Assembly (NCBI GenBank): GCA_043228905.1 | Contig: JBHGNT010000002.1 | Coordinates: forward strand, 14,384,001 to 14,448,000 | From: Azolla caroliniana | Taxonomy: Eukaryota > Plantae > Polypodiophyta | Direction: 5' to 3' | Length of the DNA stretch: 64,000 nt | In this document: positions 48,029-59,348 of the stretch, in pieces | Position numbering within the stretch: the stretch's first letter is position 1 | Layout of the letters: each line of letters starts with the position of its first letter | Position numbers and translations under genes: made by a program | The notes under the pieces: model-generated | What the model was told of the DNA's origin: nothing | Seen by the model: only the letters and a program-made list of their open reading frames with translations | Databases searched by the model: none

Positions 48029-51000
48029 CTACTTGAATGGATTCTGTGGCATAGGTCCACAATATGGTTTGAATCGAAACCCATTGACCCATTTGCCCAT
48101 TATCTCACCGGCGAGCGTTCCAAGCTGGTATGACCCGTTGAATTCCCACGTTATCCAATACGGTCCGGTCCACTCGAACCGTAGCTTTCCTGGCATCTGA
48201 CCCATCCGGGTCTGGAACACCAGTACCGGCTTGCCTATCCCGAACGTCTTCTCATTGCCCTTCTGGTGCTGATCGACAAATGCCTTCCTTCGTCACTGCT
48301 CCTGTTCCAACTGCATGAGACTTGCTATTTGATGCTCCTCGAGTTCCCATAATGCGGCTAACCGGATTTTTTTCCGATTCCTGTTCACTTAGTCGTTCTC
48401 TAACTTGTATCCGCAAACTAGGAACCTGAAATTCGATCGGCATTACTGCTTCAAGCATGAATGCTAATCGGAATGGTGTTGACCAGATACTCATTTTGTA
48501 TGACGTCCGGTATGCCCATAGTGCACTATGCAGCTTGGTGTCCCAATCGGTCCAGTTTTCATTGACGATCTTTCGTAGGATGTTTTGGAGCGTTTTGTTC
48601 ATGGATTCGGCCAGTCCATTGGCCTGTGGATAATAAGGGGTATTGCGCTTGTGTACCACTACATAGAATGTCGTTAAGCTCTCCACTACTTGACCGAGAA
48701 AATGTATGCCTTGGTCGCTAATTAACTCGATTGGGCATCCATACCAGCACCAGATGTACTCATATAAGAACTTTGTTGTTGATGCCGCAGTGTTGTCCCG
48801 CAAAGCCTTGGCTTCTACCTACTTGGTGCAATAATCGGTGGCAAATATCACATATCTGTTGTCGGTTCTCATTGCGGGAGGTTTAAACGGCCCAACGAAG
48901 TCGAGCCCCCATTTCTGAAATGGCTCTAAGGGTAGCACCGGTTGGTGAGGCATCCTTGCCTATTCTGTTGGTTGACCCATCCGTTGGCATAATTCACAGA
49001 CTTTCGCGTACCGAACTGAGTCCTTCAGTGTCGTCGGCCACCATAACCCGTAGCATCCCCAGCATAGTGCCCTCCGGCAACGCCACAGTGTGCTTCTCGT
49101 AATATTGTGTCCTTTTCGTCGCTTCGCACTACTCACCGTCATATGCCATCAACGCCTTTGTGGTACAGGGTGTCCTGTAGTAGAAAAAAATGTCGGCTTT
49201 GTACCGCTAACCGCTTTCGCTCATCCCAGTTTATCTCCTCTATTGGGAGTCCCATGCTTAGGAATTGATGCATGTTGGTTAGCCATTTGTCTTCGTCGAC
49301 TACCGTGCTATCAACTGCCGTTCCTGTTGTTACTTTAAACAGCTCGGCATCCGGAAACTCATCCGGAACTCCATCACCAGTCTCGCCAGAATCTAACCGG
49401 CTCAAATAATCAGCAACCGCATGCTGTATTCTCGGCCGGTGATATATTTCGAACTCAAACTCTTGTAGCAATAATGTCCATCGGGCCAGCTTGCTGGTGA
49501 GCAATGCCTTTGAGACCAAATATAATAGCACTGAGTGGTCGACATGAAATGAAAATTTCTTTCCCAATAAATAGTGCCTGAACTTGGTAACACTGTAAAT
49601 CATCCCTAAGGCTTCTCTTTCCGTTGTTGAATAATTTTGTGCCACCTGGGATAGCTTCCGGCTAGCACAATAAACCGGTTGGTACCATTTCGGTTTAGTT
49701 AGTTGCATTAGTGTGCTGCCGATTGCTATGTCGGACGCATCAACGAACACGTGGAATTCTTTTGACTTGTCCGGTGGTTGCACTACCAGTGCTTGTGATA
49801 GCAGTACTTTCAGTGCCTGGTAAGCCTCCTCCGTATTTTTCCATTGGAACGGTGTCTGGTGAACCGCGGCATGCAACAGTGTAGGAAGATCAACCAAATA
49901 TCGGAGCATCCGGCTATGCTATCGGATTTTCCCTAGTAACCCACTCAAAGATTTGGCCGTGGATGGTGCCGGTGCTTTTAAGATTTCTTTCACCTTATCG
50001 GGGTCTACCGCGATCATATATTTGCTGACAAGATGGCCTAGCAATGCACCGCTTGTTACTCCGAACACACACTTTGCTGGATTCAGGCTTAGCCGATAAC
50101 TCTTGCATTTCTCAAGACATAGCCGAAGGTGTGGGAGATGTTCTCCTTCTCGGCTATACACGGCGAAGTCCTCCAGGAATACTTGCATGAATGCCGGAAT
50201 GAACTTGACAAATATTTCCATGATTATTCGTTGGAAGGTCGCCAACGCGGTCTTGAGCCTGAACATCATTACGCCTATGACAAAGACTCCCCATTCGGTG
50301 ACGAATGCCGTCTTGTCTTGGTCGTTGAGGTGCATCCTTATTTGATTATAGCCGTTGAAACCATCTAGGAAGTTATACACTTCATGACCGGCTACCGCGT
50401 CCAGCACTCCATCCGTAAACGGTAGTGGAAATGCATCGGTCATTGTCGCCACATTGAGTTTCCGATAATCAACGCACACCCGAATCTTACCGTTCTTTTT
50501 TGGCATGACGACTATGGGACTTAACCATGTAGCTTTTTTCACTAGTCGGATAAAACCGACGCGTAGCAACATGTCAATTTCCTCTTTAACCTTTGCCGCA
50601 TAGTTAGGGTTCATCCGATAACGCCATTGTGCTACAGGTTTGGCATCCTTACTAAGGTGTATTTGGTGTTGGTACAAGTGAGGATCCAACCCCCGCATGT
50701 CTTCATAGGACCAGGCGAATACGTTCCGGAATTCCTTTAATAAAGTGATCATCCTCGTCCTGTTGTCCGGTGACATTTCCTTAGCAATATAAACCGGTCT
50801 GGCATCGTCCCCGGTCCCTAAGTTCATTTCCTCTAACTGGGATGCTTTCACGTGTTGGGATACCTCCATCTCCCTCTCCAGAGCTTCCTGTGCTTGTCGT
50901 AATTCTCTGATAGCTTCTCGATCCAGTTCCTCGACGGCATTGTCCGATTGCATTATATATGGTGACATCGATTTCAAATAGGGGTACAATTTTTGGGTTT

Positions 51001-53620
51001 TCTTCCAAGTAATGGTCGACCTCTTCATCCGCAAGCCCCTTGAGCATGTTTACCCCTTCCACGTATAGCGGTGTCAGCTCCTTGCCAGTACTTGCTCGAG
51101 GGTGGGTAGGTACCCTTACTTTAGTCTTTCCTCGCCGGAAGATGATCATGTTTTTCCGCCAGTTTTGTTTGATATGCGTCGTTTTTAGCCATGGTCGGCC
51201 CAGCAACAGTGGGTAAGCCCCTTGCGCATTGAGCTGGAGAACCACCGCTGAAATGCGAAATGTGTGTCCTCCGATAGTTACGTCTAGATCCCGTATCAAG
51301 CCGGTAGGTCTTACCGAACTTGTATCCGCCTTCCGAAGCCAAAATGAGCAAGGCTCCCATTCCTAGATTCCCAGGGTGTTGCAAGTCCGTAGACTGATCA
51401 CGTTCATGCCCAATCCCCCGTCCACAATCCTCCCTGGTAGTTCTCGTCCTTTGACGATGGCGGTGATTGTCAGACTGTTCGTGTCTACCACTGTTGGCCC
51501 TTCTTCCGGGTTTGAGAAGAACGCAGGAGCTAGCAACGTAATTGATGTGGTCATTCCTGATTTCAGCCCTTCTGTAAACCGGGGCACTAACTGTAATAAC
51601 CGACCCAATGGCAGCGTAATCTGATCTTCTTGTAACGCTTGCCATGTTGGGTTTTCTGGCTGAATCGTGTTGGTGGCCCCTTCCGGTTTCTCCTTTTGTT
51701 GTTCAAGCTCAGCCACATTTTGCTCATTTGCCTTCTTCACCCACTCGGTGGCTTGCTTTCGGATTGCCTCTTGTGTTTCCCACTCCGTTGTTTTGCCTTT
51801 TGCCCTGGTGGTGACTTGTTGTATGTCAGTGACTTCTGCTACCACCATATTTACGATTGGTCTCTTCTCGTAGCTTTTAACCGGACATTGATTATTGTAA
51901 TGTCCTTCTTGTTGGCAATAGTAGCAATACGCTTTCCAGGTGTTGTTGGATTCGGCGTTTGCTCCGGTGCCCAGTTGAGGTCCTATTGGTGGTCGGTTGG
52001 GTGCTTGGCCTTGGTCCGGTTGGGTACTTGGCATGCCCTTGTCCGGCTGCTATTGGCGGTCCTCCTTTCTAGCGTTCCATTTTTTGTTGAAGCGTTTTTT
52101 GTTCCGGTAACCCTGTCATGGCCGCTTTTCATAGTTGCCTTGATCCTCCCTCCGTTGGTTGTACCTGGGGGAGTGATCCCGGTTATATCACTTATATCGT
52201 TCACCGTTGTAATCCCGGTAGCTATCCTACCGGTCTCCCTCGTGAGCGTCCTTTTTGTTGTTGTTCCAGATATCTTGCGCCAACCGGTAACGCTCATCTC
52301 GCCGCCAACGTTCTTCTTCCTCCTCCCGGTTGCTCCGGGGTTCGATTTTCCTTACTACTACCACTTGCCGGTTCAGCAAGTTATATTCGCATCGGTCCAT
52401 TGTGTGTGTCTTGGAATGGCATAACATGCACTGTGTCCGCATGATACATTCTATAGCCGAGTGCCCGGCATTGAGACAAGTCGTACATTGTATAGCTTGC
52501 CGAAAACGTAGGTCGTCTTTTGTCGGTAATGTACGCTGCAGTGCCCCCATTGTGAGCCACGAGCTTGTTTTCTCCATCTCCCTAACCCTTTCTATGACTT
52601 GGTCGATCGTGCTGGTGAGGAAATCAATCACTATGCACACCATGTGCAGGGGTACCCGGAGTGCTGCTAGGAATATTGCTTTCGCCTCTGCCTCCGGCGG
52701 TGCCCGATTGAGCTGACTGTGCATTCGTTGGAACCGGATTACGAATTGTTGAATGGTTTCCGTAGGTTCCTACCGTATGGTGTAGAATAGGCCAACCATC
52801 TCCTGTTGATCCACCTCCTTGTTGAAGAACTGTAAAAATCTGGTTTTTAAGTCCCCAAACGTCATGATGGTGCCGGGAGTGTGTGTCAATCGCCATCGCG
52901 CGGCTGGTCCTTCCAAATTCATGTCGAACTCTGCAATCTTCGAGCATTTTGCTTCGGTGGTGGTCAAGCATTGTGACACATGGTTTGTTCCCATGTTTGC
53001 AGAAATGCATAGACATGAGCTTTTGCGTCCGGATCATCCCAGTACTTGGGATATTGGAACGGCATGTTGTCATCCGGTGTCGGAGGTCTTCCCTCCTCTT
53101 CCTCTGGTGTTGGAGGTCTTTCCTCCTCTTCTTTTGGTGTTGGAGGTCTCTCCTCCTATGCTTCCGGTGTCTCACATGGCGGTGTCGGAAGTTGATTCGC
53201 CACTTGCCGATCTGGGGCTTCCAATTCCGTTAACTCCGGTTTTGGTGTCGGCAAGGTATCCGACTACTCGTCCTCCGGTCCGTCTGGGGTATCGTGGCTG
53301 CTACTGTAATTCGAATGGGCGCTGCATTCGCCGTCCGAATCCGATTCAAAGGCCGAGAATAGTTCCGAATCGCCTCCCCCTGTCGGTAGTGCCTGTAGAA
53401 TAGATTCCGCATCCCGGAGACTGCTCAAGCTGCTTCCTTCGTCCGGTTGGGAATGTTGCTGCCCTCGGAGTGACTCTGCAGCCACTCGCCATATTACTTT
53501 CGAAAATGACCGATCCGCACGGATCTCTTCTACCGCCTGTTGGAAAGCCTCTCGCTTTCGCAATCGTTCGGCAATTCTTTTTGCTCGCTCCGTAACCGGG
53601 TCGTTTGTTGGTCTAGTCAT
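48029..53620 (-). pseudogene. pol: Gypsy C gag-pol, fragmented
   Basis: Three CCHC knuckles (CTTCLNAGHSAIEC, CMLCHSKTHTMDRC, CYYCQQEGHYNNQC), PR IVDGGLGMN, RT VFAWSYEDM..LDGFNGYNQI..FLEDF, RH VDASDIAIG..EREAL, IN SDQGIHF..PQANGLAE. Confidence 0.93.
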
Positions 53621-54654
53621 CCATGCCCTCCGTTGTTCGTTGCGTTTGTGCAGGAATTGTGGTCGCCAAAAACTATGTTCTCGCTAGGGCCAGACAATGG
53701 CCTAACATAGGATGTCCCCTTGAGACACTTCACCAAAAGGGTGTTGCAGTGAGATAGGGTTAGACCAACTATTAAGGTAAACCTAATTGGTTACTAAGTG
53801 GTAAGATCATTAGTCACAATACACTCGTAGGATAAATTACATTTAACACAGAACGGTAATTAACATTGATTAAGATACAAAACAACAACACTCTATTAAT
53901 TATCTGCTGATGATTATAATCTAATCGGGCCCTTTTATAGGTCTCCGGCTTTAGGTACAAACTGGTGCCAACTGGCAACCGACCACAAACCGGTCTGGAT
54001 CTGGATCGGCATACCGATTCCAGGTCCGTCCGTTCGCTACTCCAAAAATCATAATAATTCTATATTATAACTAATTAGCTCCCAATTATTAATTATCCCC
54101 CTTTTCCCATTCTGGACTTCCCTTGTTGGCCGGCTAACACTTCACCGACATGTTCGATGGTATGCAGAGTGTCGTCTCCGGTTTCAACCACTGGTTGCGA
54201 TTCTGGTTCCTCGAAGTACGAGAACCATTCCTCGTGACTCGTCATATGATTTGACATTCCGGAATCAACATACCACACCTCGCTCGATTTGAGGTATTCA
54301 CGGCCATCAAATTGGCCTTATGCTTCATTACGAATGCGGGGCCCGATCCACTTCAGGCTCATTCGGGGCCCTCAGCGTAGTGCGACTTTTGACGGCTTCC
54401 TACATCTCTTCCGCTCAGTCCAACTTTGTCCAAATCAGCTTGTTTCTTCCAGCACTCGCTCTCCTTGTCGCCTTTCTTGCCACAATACCAACATTCCAAC
54501 ACGTCCTTCTCTTGCCAGCTTTCGGCGCTGCCATGAGTCCCCCTGCTTGTGAAAGGTTCGTGTTGGGATTTCGGTCCCTCCGGATGGGATGTCCGGAGAT
54601 GAATGACGGCAAGCCCGGTTGCGGTTACGGAACCGGAGGATGAAGAGTACCCGG

Positions 54655-54755
54655 CATGAAGCCGCATGAAGAGACCCCGGCTACGGAGCCGGATGACGAA
54701 GACCCCGGCTACGGAGCCGGATGATGAAGACCGCGGCTATGGAGCCGGATGACGA
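54655..54755. repeat. ~27-bp tandem repeat in U3 of the Copia G LTR (also ~59455-59553)
   Basis: GAAGACCCCGGCTACGGAGCCGGATGA occurs three times, with partial units. Confidence 0.9.
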
Positions 54756-55265
54756 ATGTACCCGGAGAGAGATCCGGATGCGGGGACATATTTGTGAATA
54801 TGTTTGCCAAGGGCCCATTAAGGCTATATTTGCAAATAGCCCGAAAGTCATATGTGTTTAAATATGACTTAGGGCAAACATTTTGTCACTGTTGCTGTTG
54901 CTACTCATTTTTCTGTTTTTCCACTCAAGAGTGAAGAGAGAGCAGCCGTGAGAGAGATAGAGCGTGAGAGAGGGAGAGGTCGACGCCTCTGTGTAATACC
55001 GCCGCCTGTGGCGAGGATAGCGAGCTCAAGGTCGTCGCCTTGCAGCTCGCCATTGTATATTTCTCTGTGCATAGTTTTGGTTTGGAGTCTTGCACTCCCG
55101 TGGTTTTTCCCGTATAGGGTTTTCCACGTTAATCCGTGTGTTATTGTGTCTTTCTCTGTGTTTCCTATTTTCTGCTGCATTGATTCGTGATTTCTCGGTT
55201 GTGGCCGAGTGGTGAAGGCGAATCGGAGCGTTGATTCTCAACAAAGTGGTATCAGAGCGACGGCA

Positions 55266-58200
55266 ATGCAGAAAATGGAAGGCGGCAGCAGCGGGCAGCC
55301 GGGGATGATGGTGCTGAATGCGTAGAATTACGCCGACTGGAAGATCAAGATGGAGGATCTTCTGATTGTTCGGGACCTGTACGAACCGATTGACAGGTCG
55401 GAAATACCGAAGGGGGTACTTGAATCGGAATGGAGGCTTCTGAACCGGAAAGCCGTTGCAACCATTCGGCAATACGTCGACGTGAGCGTTCTACAACATG
55501 TGGCGAACGACATCAACGCATATGAGATGTGGCGGAAGCTGTCGGGCCTCTAGGAGAGGAAGAATGCGTTGAATCGGACCTCCCTGATGAGGAAGATAGT
55601 GAACCTCAAGTACCGGGACGGCGAGAGTATGGTGGAACACGTAAGCACGTTCATGGGATTCGTGAACCAGCTTGCGGCGATCAAGTTCCCGCTGGAGGAT
55701 GCAATGCAAGCCATCATTCTGATGTGTACATTGCCGGAAAGCTGGGAGAACTTGGTGGTGACTCTCAGCACCTCCTGCACGGAAGATAACTTGTCCCTAC
55801 AAACGGTAAAGACAAGTATTTTGAACGAAGAAGCGCGTCGGAGAGATAAAGAACCGGCCTTCGACTCGAAGGCGCTGCTTACCGAATCGGAACGGGGAAG
55901 ACAATGGAACCGGAGTCCGCAAAGACGGGAGAAGTCGGGGACCCGGTCGCAGTCAAGAGGAAGACCCACATGCTTCCACTGTGGGAAGCCGGGGCACTTC
56001 CGGAAGAATTGTCGGCATTACCGAAAGGACAACGGAGCCGACGACACCGATTCGAAGAAGTCACCGGAGAGAAACGGTGCATACCGGGGAGCCACGGGTC
56101 GGAGAGGTCCGGATCGGCGAGGGCAGGACCGGAAAGGAACGACGGCACTCGCGGCAAGTGAGGAAGAAATCATGCTCATCACCGAAGAAGGTGAACTAAA
56201 CATTGCCGGCGATGAGACGACCTGGGTGGTCGATTCCGGAGCATCGTTCCACCTGACCCCGGAGAGAAGATACTTTTCATCCTACACAGTCGGTGAGCAT
56301 GGCTGTGTTCGGATGGGAAATGAAGGTACGTGCCGGATTGCCGGCATAGGAGACGTGTGGTTGACAACCTCGACCGGATGCAAAATGCTGCTGAAGGATG
56401 TCTGACACGTTCCGGAGGTTCGATTGAACCTGATTTCGGCCGGGAGGCTAGACGATGAAGGCTACACAGGTAGCATCCGGAACGGCGTAATGAAGTTCAG
56501 CAAGGGGAGCCTGATAGTGGCTCGGGCCCGGAAAGTCAACACACTGTACCTTATGAATGCCCGGTTGTGTCCGGAAGAGTTGAACGTGGCAGCCGACACT
56601 GCCGGTGAGCTGTGGCACAAGAGACTGTGCCACATGAGTGAGAAGGGGATGAAGAGGCTTGCAGAAGACAACCTTATTCCAGTGAAGCATGTGCACCTGG
56701 GGAAGTGCACCGATTGCCTGGCCGGTAAGCAGAACCGAACCTCCTTCCACTCAAGGCCACCGACGAGACGTAGCGCACCATTGGAGCTGGTGCACACTGA
56801 CGTGTGTCAAGTAGAAACGAAGTCACATGGCGGAGCCCAGTACTTCGTGACATTCATTGATGACCACAGCCGGAAGCTGTGGACGGCACCGTTGAAGACA
56901 AAGGACCAAGTGTTGTGCGTCTTCAAAGAACTCCACGCGAGAGTGGAAAGGGAATCCGGCAAGAAGCTGAAAGCGATACGAGCGGATAACGGAGGGGAAT
57001 ACCGGGGGCAGTTCGCGGAGTACTGTCGCTCGAAGGGAATCCGGCTCGAGTTTACTGTGCCGAAGACGCCGGAACTGAATGGGTTGGCCGAGAGGATGAA
57101 CCGGACCATAATGGAGAGGGTCCGGAGTATGCTGGCGCATGCGAAATTACCCAAGGGGTTTTGGGCTGAGGCAATGTCGACGGCGACATACGTGATAAAC
57201 AGATCACCCTCAGTACCTTTGGACGGAGACACGCCACAGAGAGTGTGGACCGGTAAGGAAGTGTCCTACCGGCATCTGAAGGTGTTCGGGTGTCTAGTAT
57301 ATGTGCATGTGGCAAAGGACCGGAGAGGAAAGCTAGATCCAAAGACCCGGCCATGCATATTCCTCGGTTACGGCAACGACGAGTTCGGCTACCGAGTATG
57401 GGACCCGGTCGACAAGAAGATATTCAGGAGTCGAGATATCATCTTCATGGAGGACAAGACACTCGCCGACTGGGAGTCGGAGAAGAAGATGAAGAGCTCC
57501 AAGTCGACTGGTGAGGATCAACTCTACGAGGAGCAGTCCCGACCGGCAAGGGACCGGTTAGCACTCGAGGATCCGGCTGAAGACGGTGAAGAAACAGAAC
57601 CGGCCGAGGAAGATGAAACTGATACCGGAACCGGCCCCGATCCCGAAATGGATTCGGATGAAGAGGAAACGGAGGAGCCGGTTACCGAAGCTCCGGAACA
57701 GAGATATCCTCTAAGAGAGAGAAGGGCTCCCCGGAGATTTCCGGAACCAGAGCACGTGCTGCTAACCGACGAGGGGGAGCTGGAGAGCTTTGAAGAAGCA
57801 AAACATGACACCCAGAGCCGCAAGTGGTTGAGTGCCATGCAGGACGAGATGGATTCCCTGCATGAGAACCACACATATGAACTTGTGGAGTTGCCAAAAG
57901 GAAAACGGGCACTCCGTAACAAGTGGGTGTTCAAGCTGAAACCGGGAGATGCCGGAAACCCCCCGAGATACAAAGCCAGGATCGTGGTGAAGGGGTTCTA
58001 GCAGAAGAAGGGCGTCGACTTCGACGAGATATTTGCCCCGGTAGTGAAGATGACCTCCATCCGGACGGTGCTGAGCATAGCGGCAAGCATGGACCTCGAG
58101 GTAGAACAGATGGACGTGAAGACGGCATTCCTTCACGGTGACCTCGAAGAAGAAATCTACATGCAGCAACCGGAAGGATTCGAGAAGAAAGGGAAGGAGC

Positions 58201-59348
58201 ACCTGGTATGCCGGTTGAAGAAGAGCCTTTACGGACTGAAGCAGGCTCCCCGGCAGTGGTACCGGAAGTTCGACTCCCTCATGACCGACGAAGGGTACCA
58301 CAAAACGCAGTCCGATCACTGCGTGTTTGTGAAGAAGTTCGAAGGAGGAGACTTTCTAATACTCCTCCTGTACGTGGACGACATGTTGATCGTCGGACGA
58401 GACCAGGTCAAGATACGGATGCTGAAGAAGGCTCTTCACCGAACCTTCTCAATGAAGGACCTGGGTCCGGCGAGGCAAATACTAGGGATGCACATCATCC
58501 GGGACCGGAAGAAGAAGCAGTTGTGGTTGTCACAGGAGAAGTACGTGACAAAGGTGCTTCATCGGTTCAACATGTCGGAAGCAAGACCGGTCGGGTCAAC
58601 ACTCCCGGCAAACTGCAAGCTGTCCAGCAAGCAAAGCCTCAAGACAAAGGCTGAGAAGGAGGACATGATGAAAGTACCATATGCCTCTGCCGTCGGGAGC
58701 TTGATGTACGCGATGGTGTGTACCCGACCGGACATAGGATATGCAGTCGGAGTGGTGAGCCGGTACATGAGCAATCCCGGCAAAGAGCATTGGAACGCGG
58801 TCAAATGGATACTCCGATACCTGAAGGGCACGGCAAACGCGTGCCTCCGATTCGGCTCCGGTAAGCCCGAACTCGACGGCTTCACCGATTCGGATATGTC
58901 GGCTGATGCAGATACCAGCCGGTCCACATCAGGGTATGTGATGACGTATGCAGGGGGAGCTGTTTCGTGGCAGTCGAGGCTGCAGAAGACGATTGCGTTG
59001 TCAACCACGGAGGCGGAGTACATGGCGGCTGTTGAAGCCGGCAAGGAAATAATATGGATGAAGGACTTCATTAGAGAGCTCGGTATCCAGCAGGAGGAGT
59101 ACCGACTCTACTGCGACAGTCAGAGTGCCATCCACCTTGCGAAGAATGCGGCCTATCACTCCCGGACGAAGCACATCCAGCGAAGATATCACTGGATCCG
59201 GGAAAGGATAGAAGACCAGGAGTTCGTGCTGACGAAGATCCACACGGACGAGAACGGGTCGGATATGCTGACCAAGGTGCTCACACCCGACAAGCTGGAA
59301 GCATGCCGGAAGAGGATCGGATTGGAGAGACATCCCATGCCGAAGTGA
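55266..59348 (+). pseudogene. gag-pol: Copia G gag-pol polyprotein in one frame with four nonsense codons
   Basis: ORFs at 55350, 55569, 56424 and 58044 share a frame. Motifs CFHCGKPGHFRKNC, VDSGAS, HTDV..DNGGEY..NGLAER, YVDD, TDSD..EAEY..CDSQSA. Stops at ~55323, 55551, 56403 and 57999. Confidence 0.95.

Larger units (their letters stand above)
38942..54139 (-). mobile_element. Full-length Gypsy C (Athila/Tat-related non-chromovirus) with extra 3' ORF
   Basis: 464-bp LTRs 38942-39405 and 53676-54139, TSD CTTCA on both sides, PBS TGGCGACCACA (53658-53668), gag-PR-RT-RH-IN at 48029-53620. Confidence 0.96.

Noticed and set aside
51639-53403. Long antisense ORFs over Gypsy C gag
   Set aside because: They are shadow frames of GC-rich, repetitive coding sequence, with no motifs or independent support.
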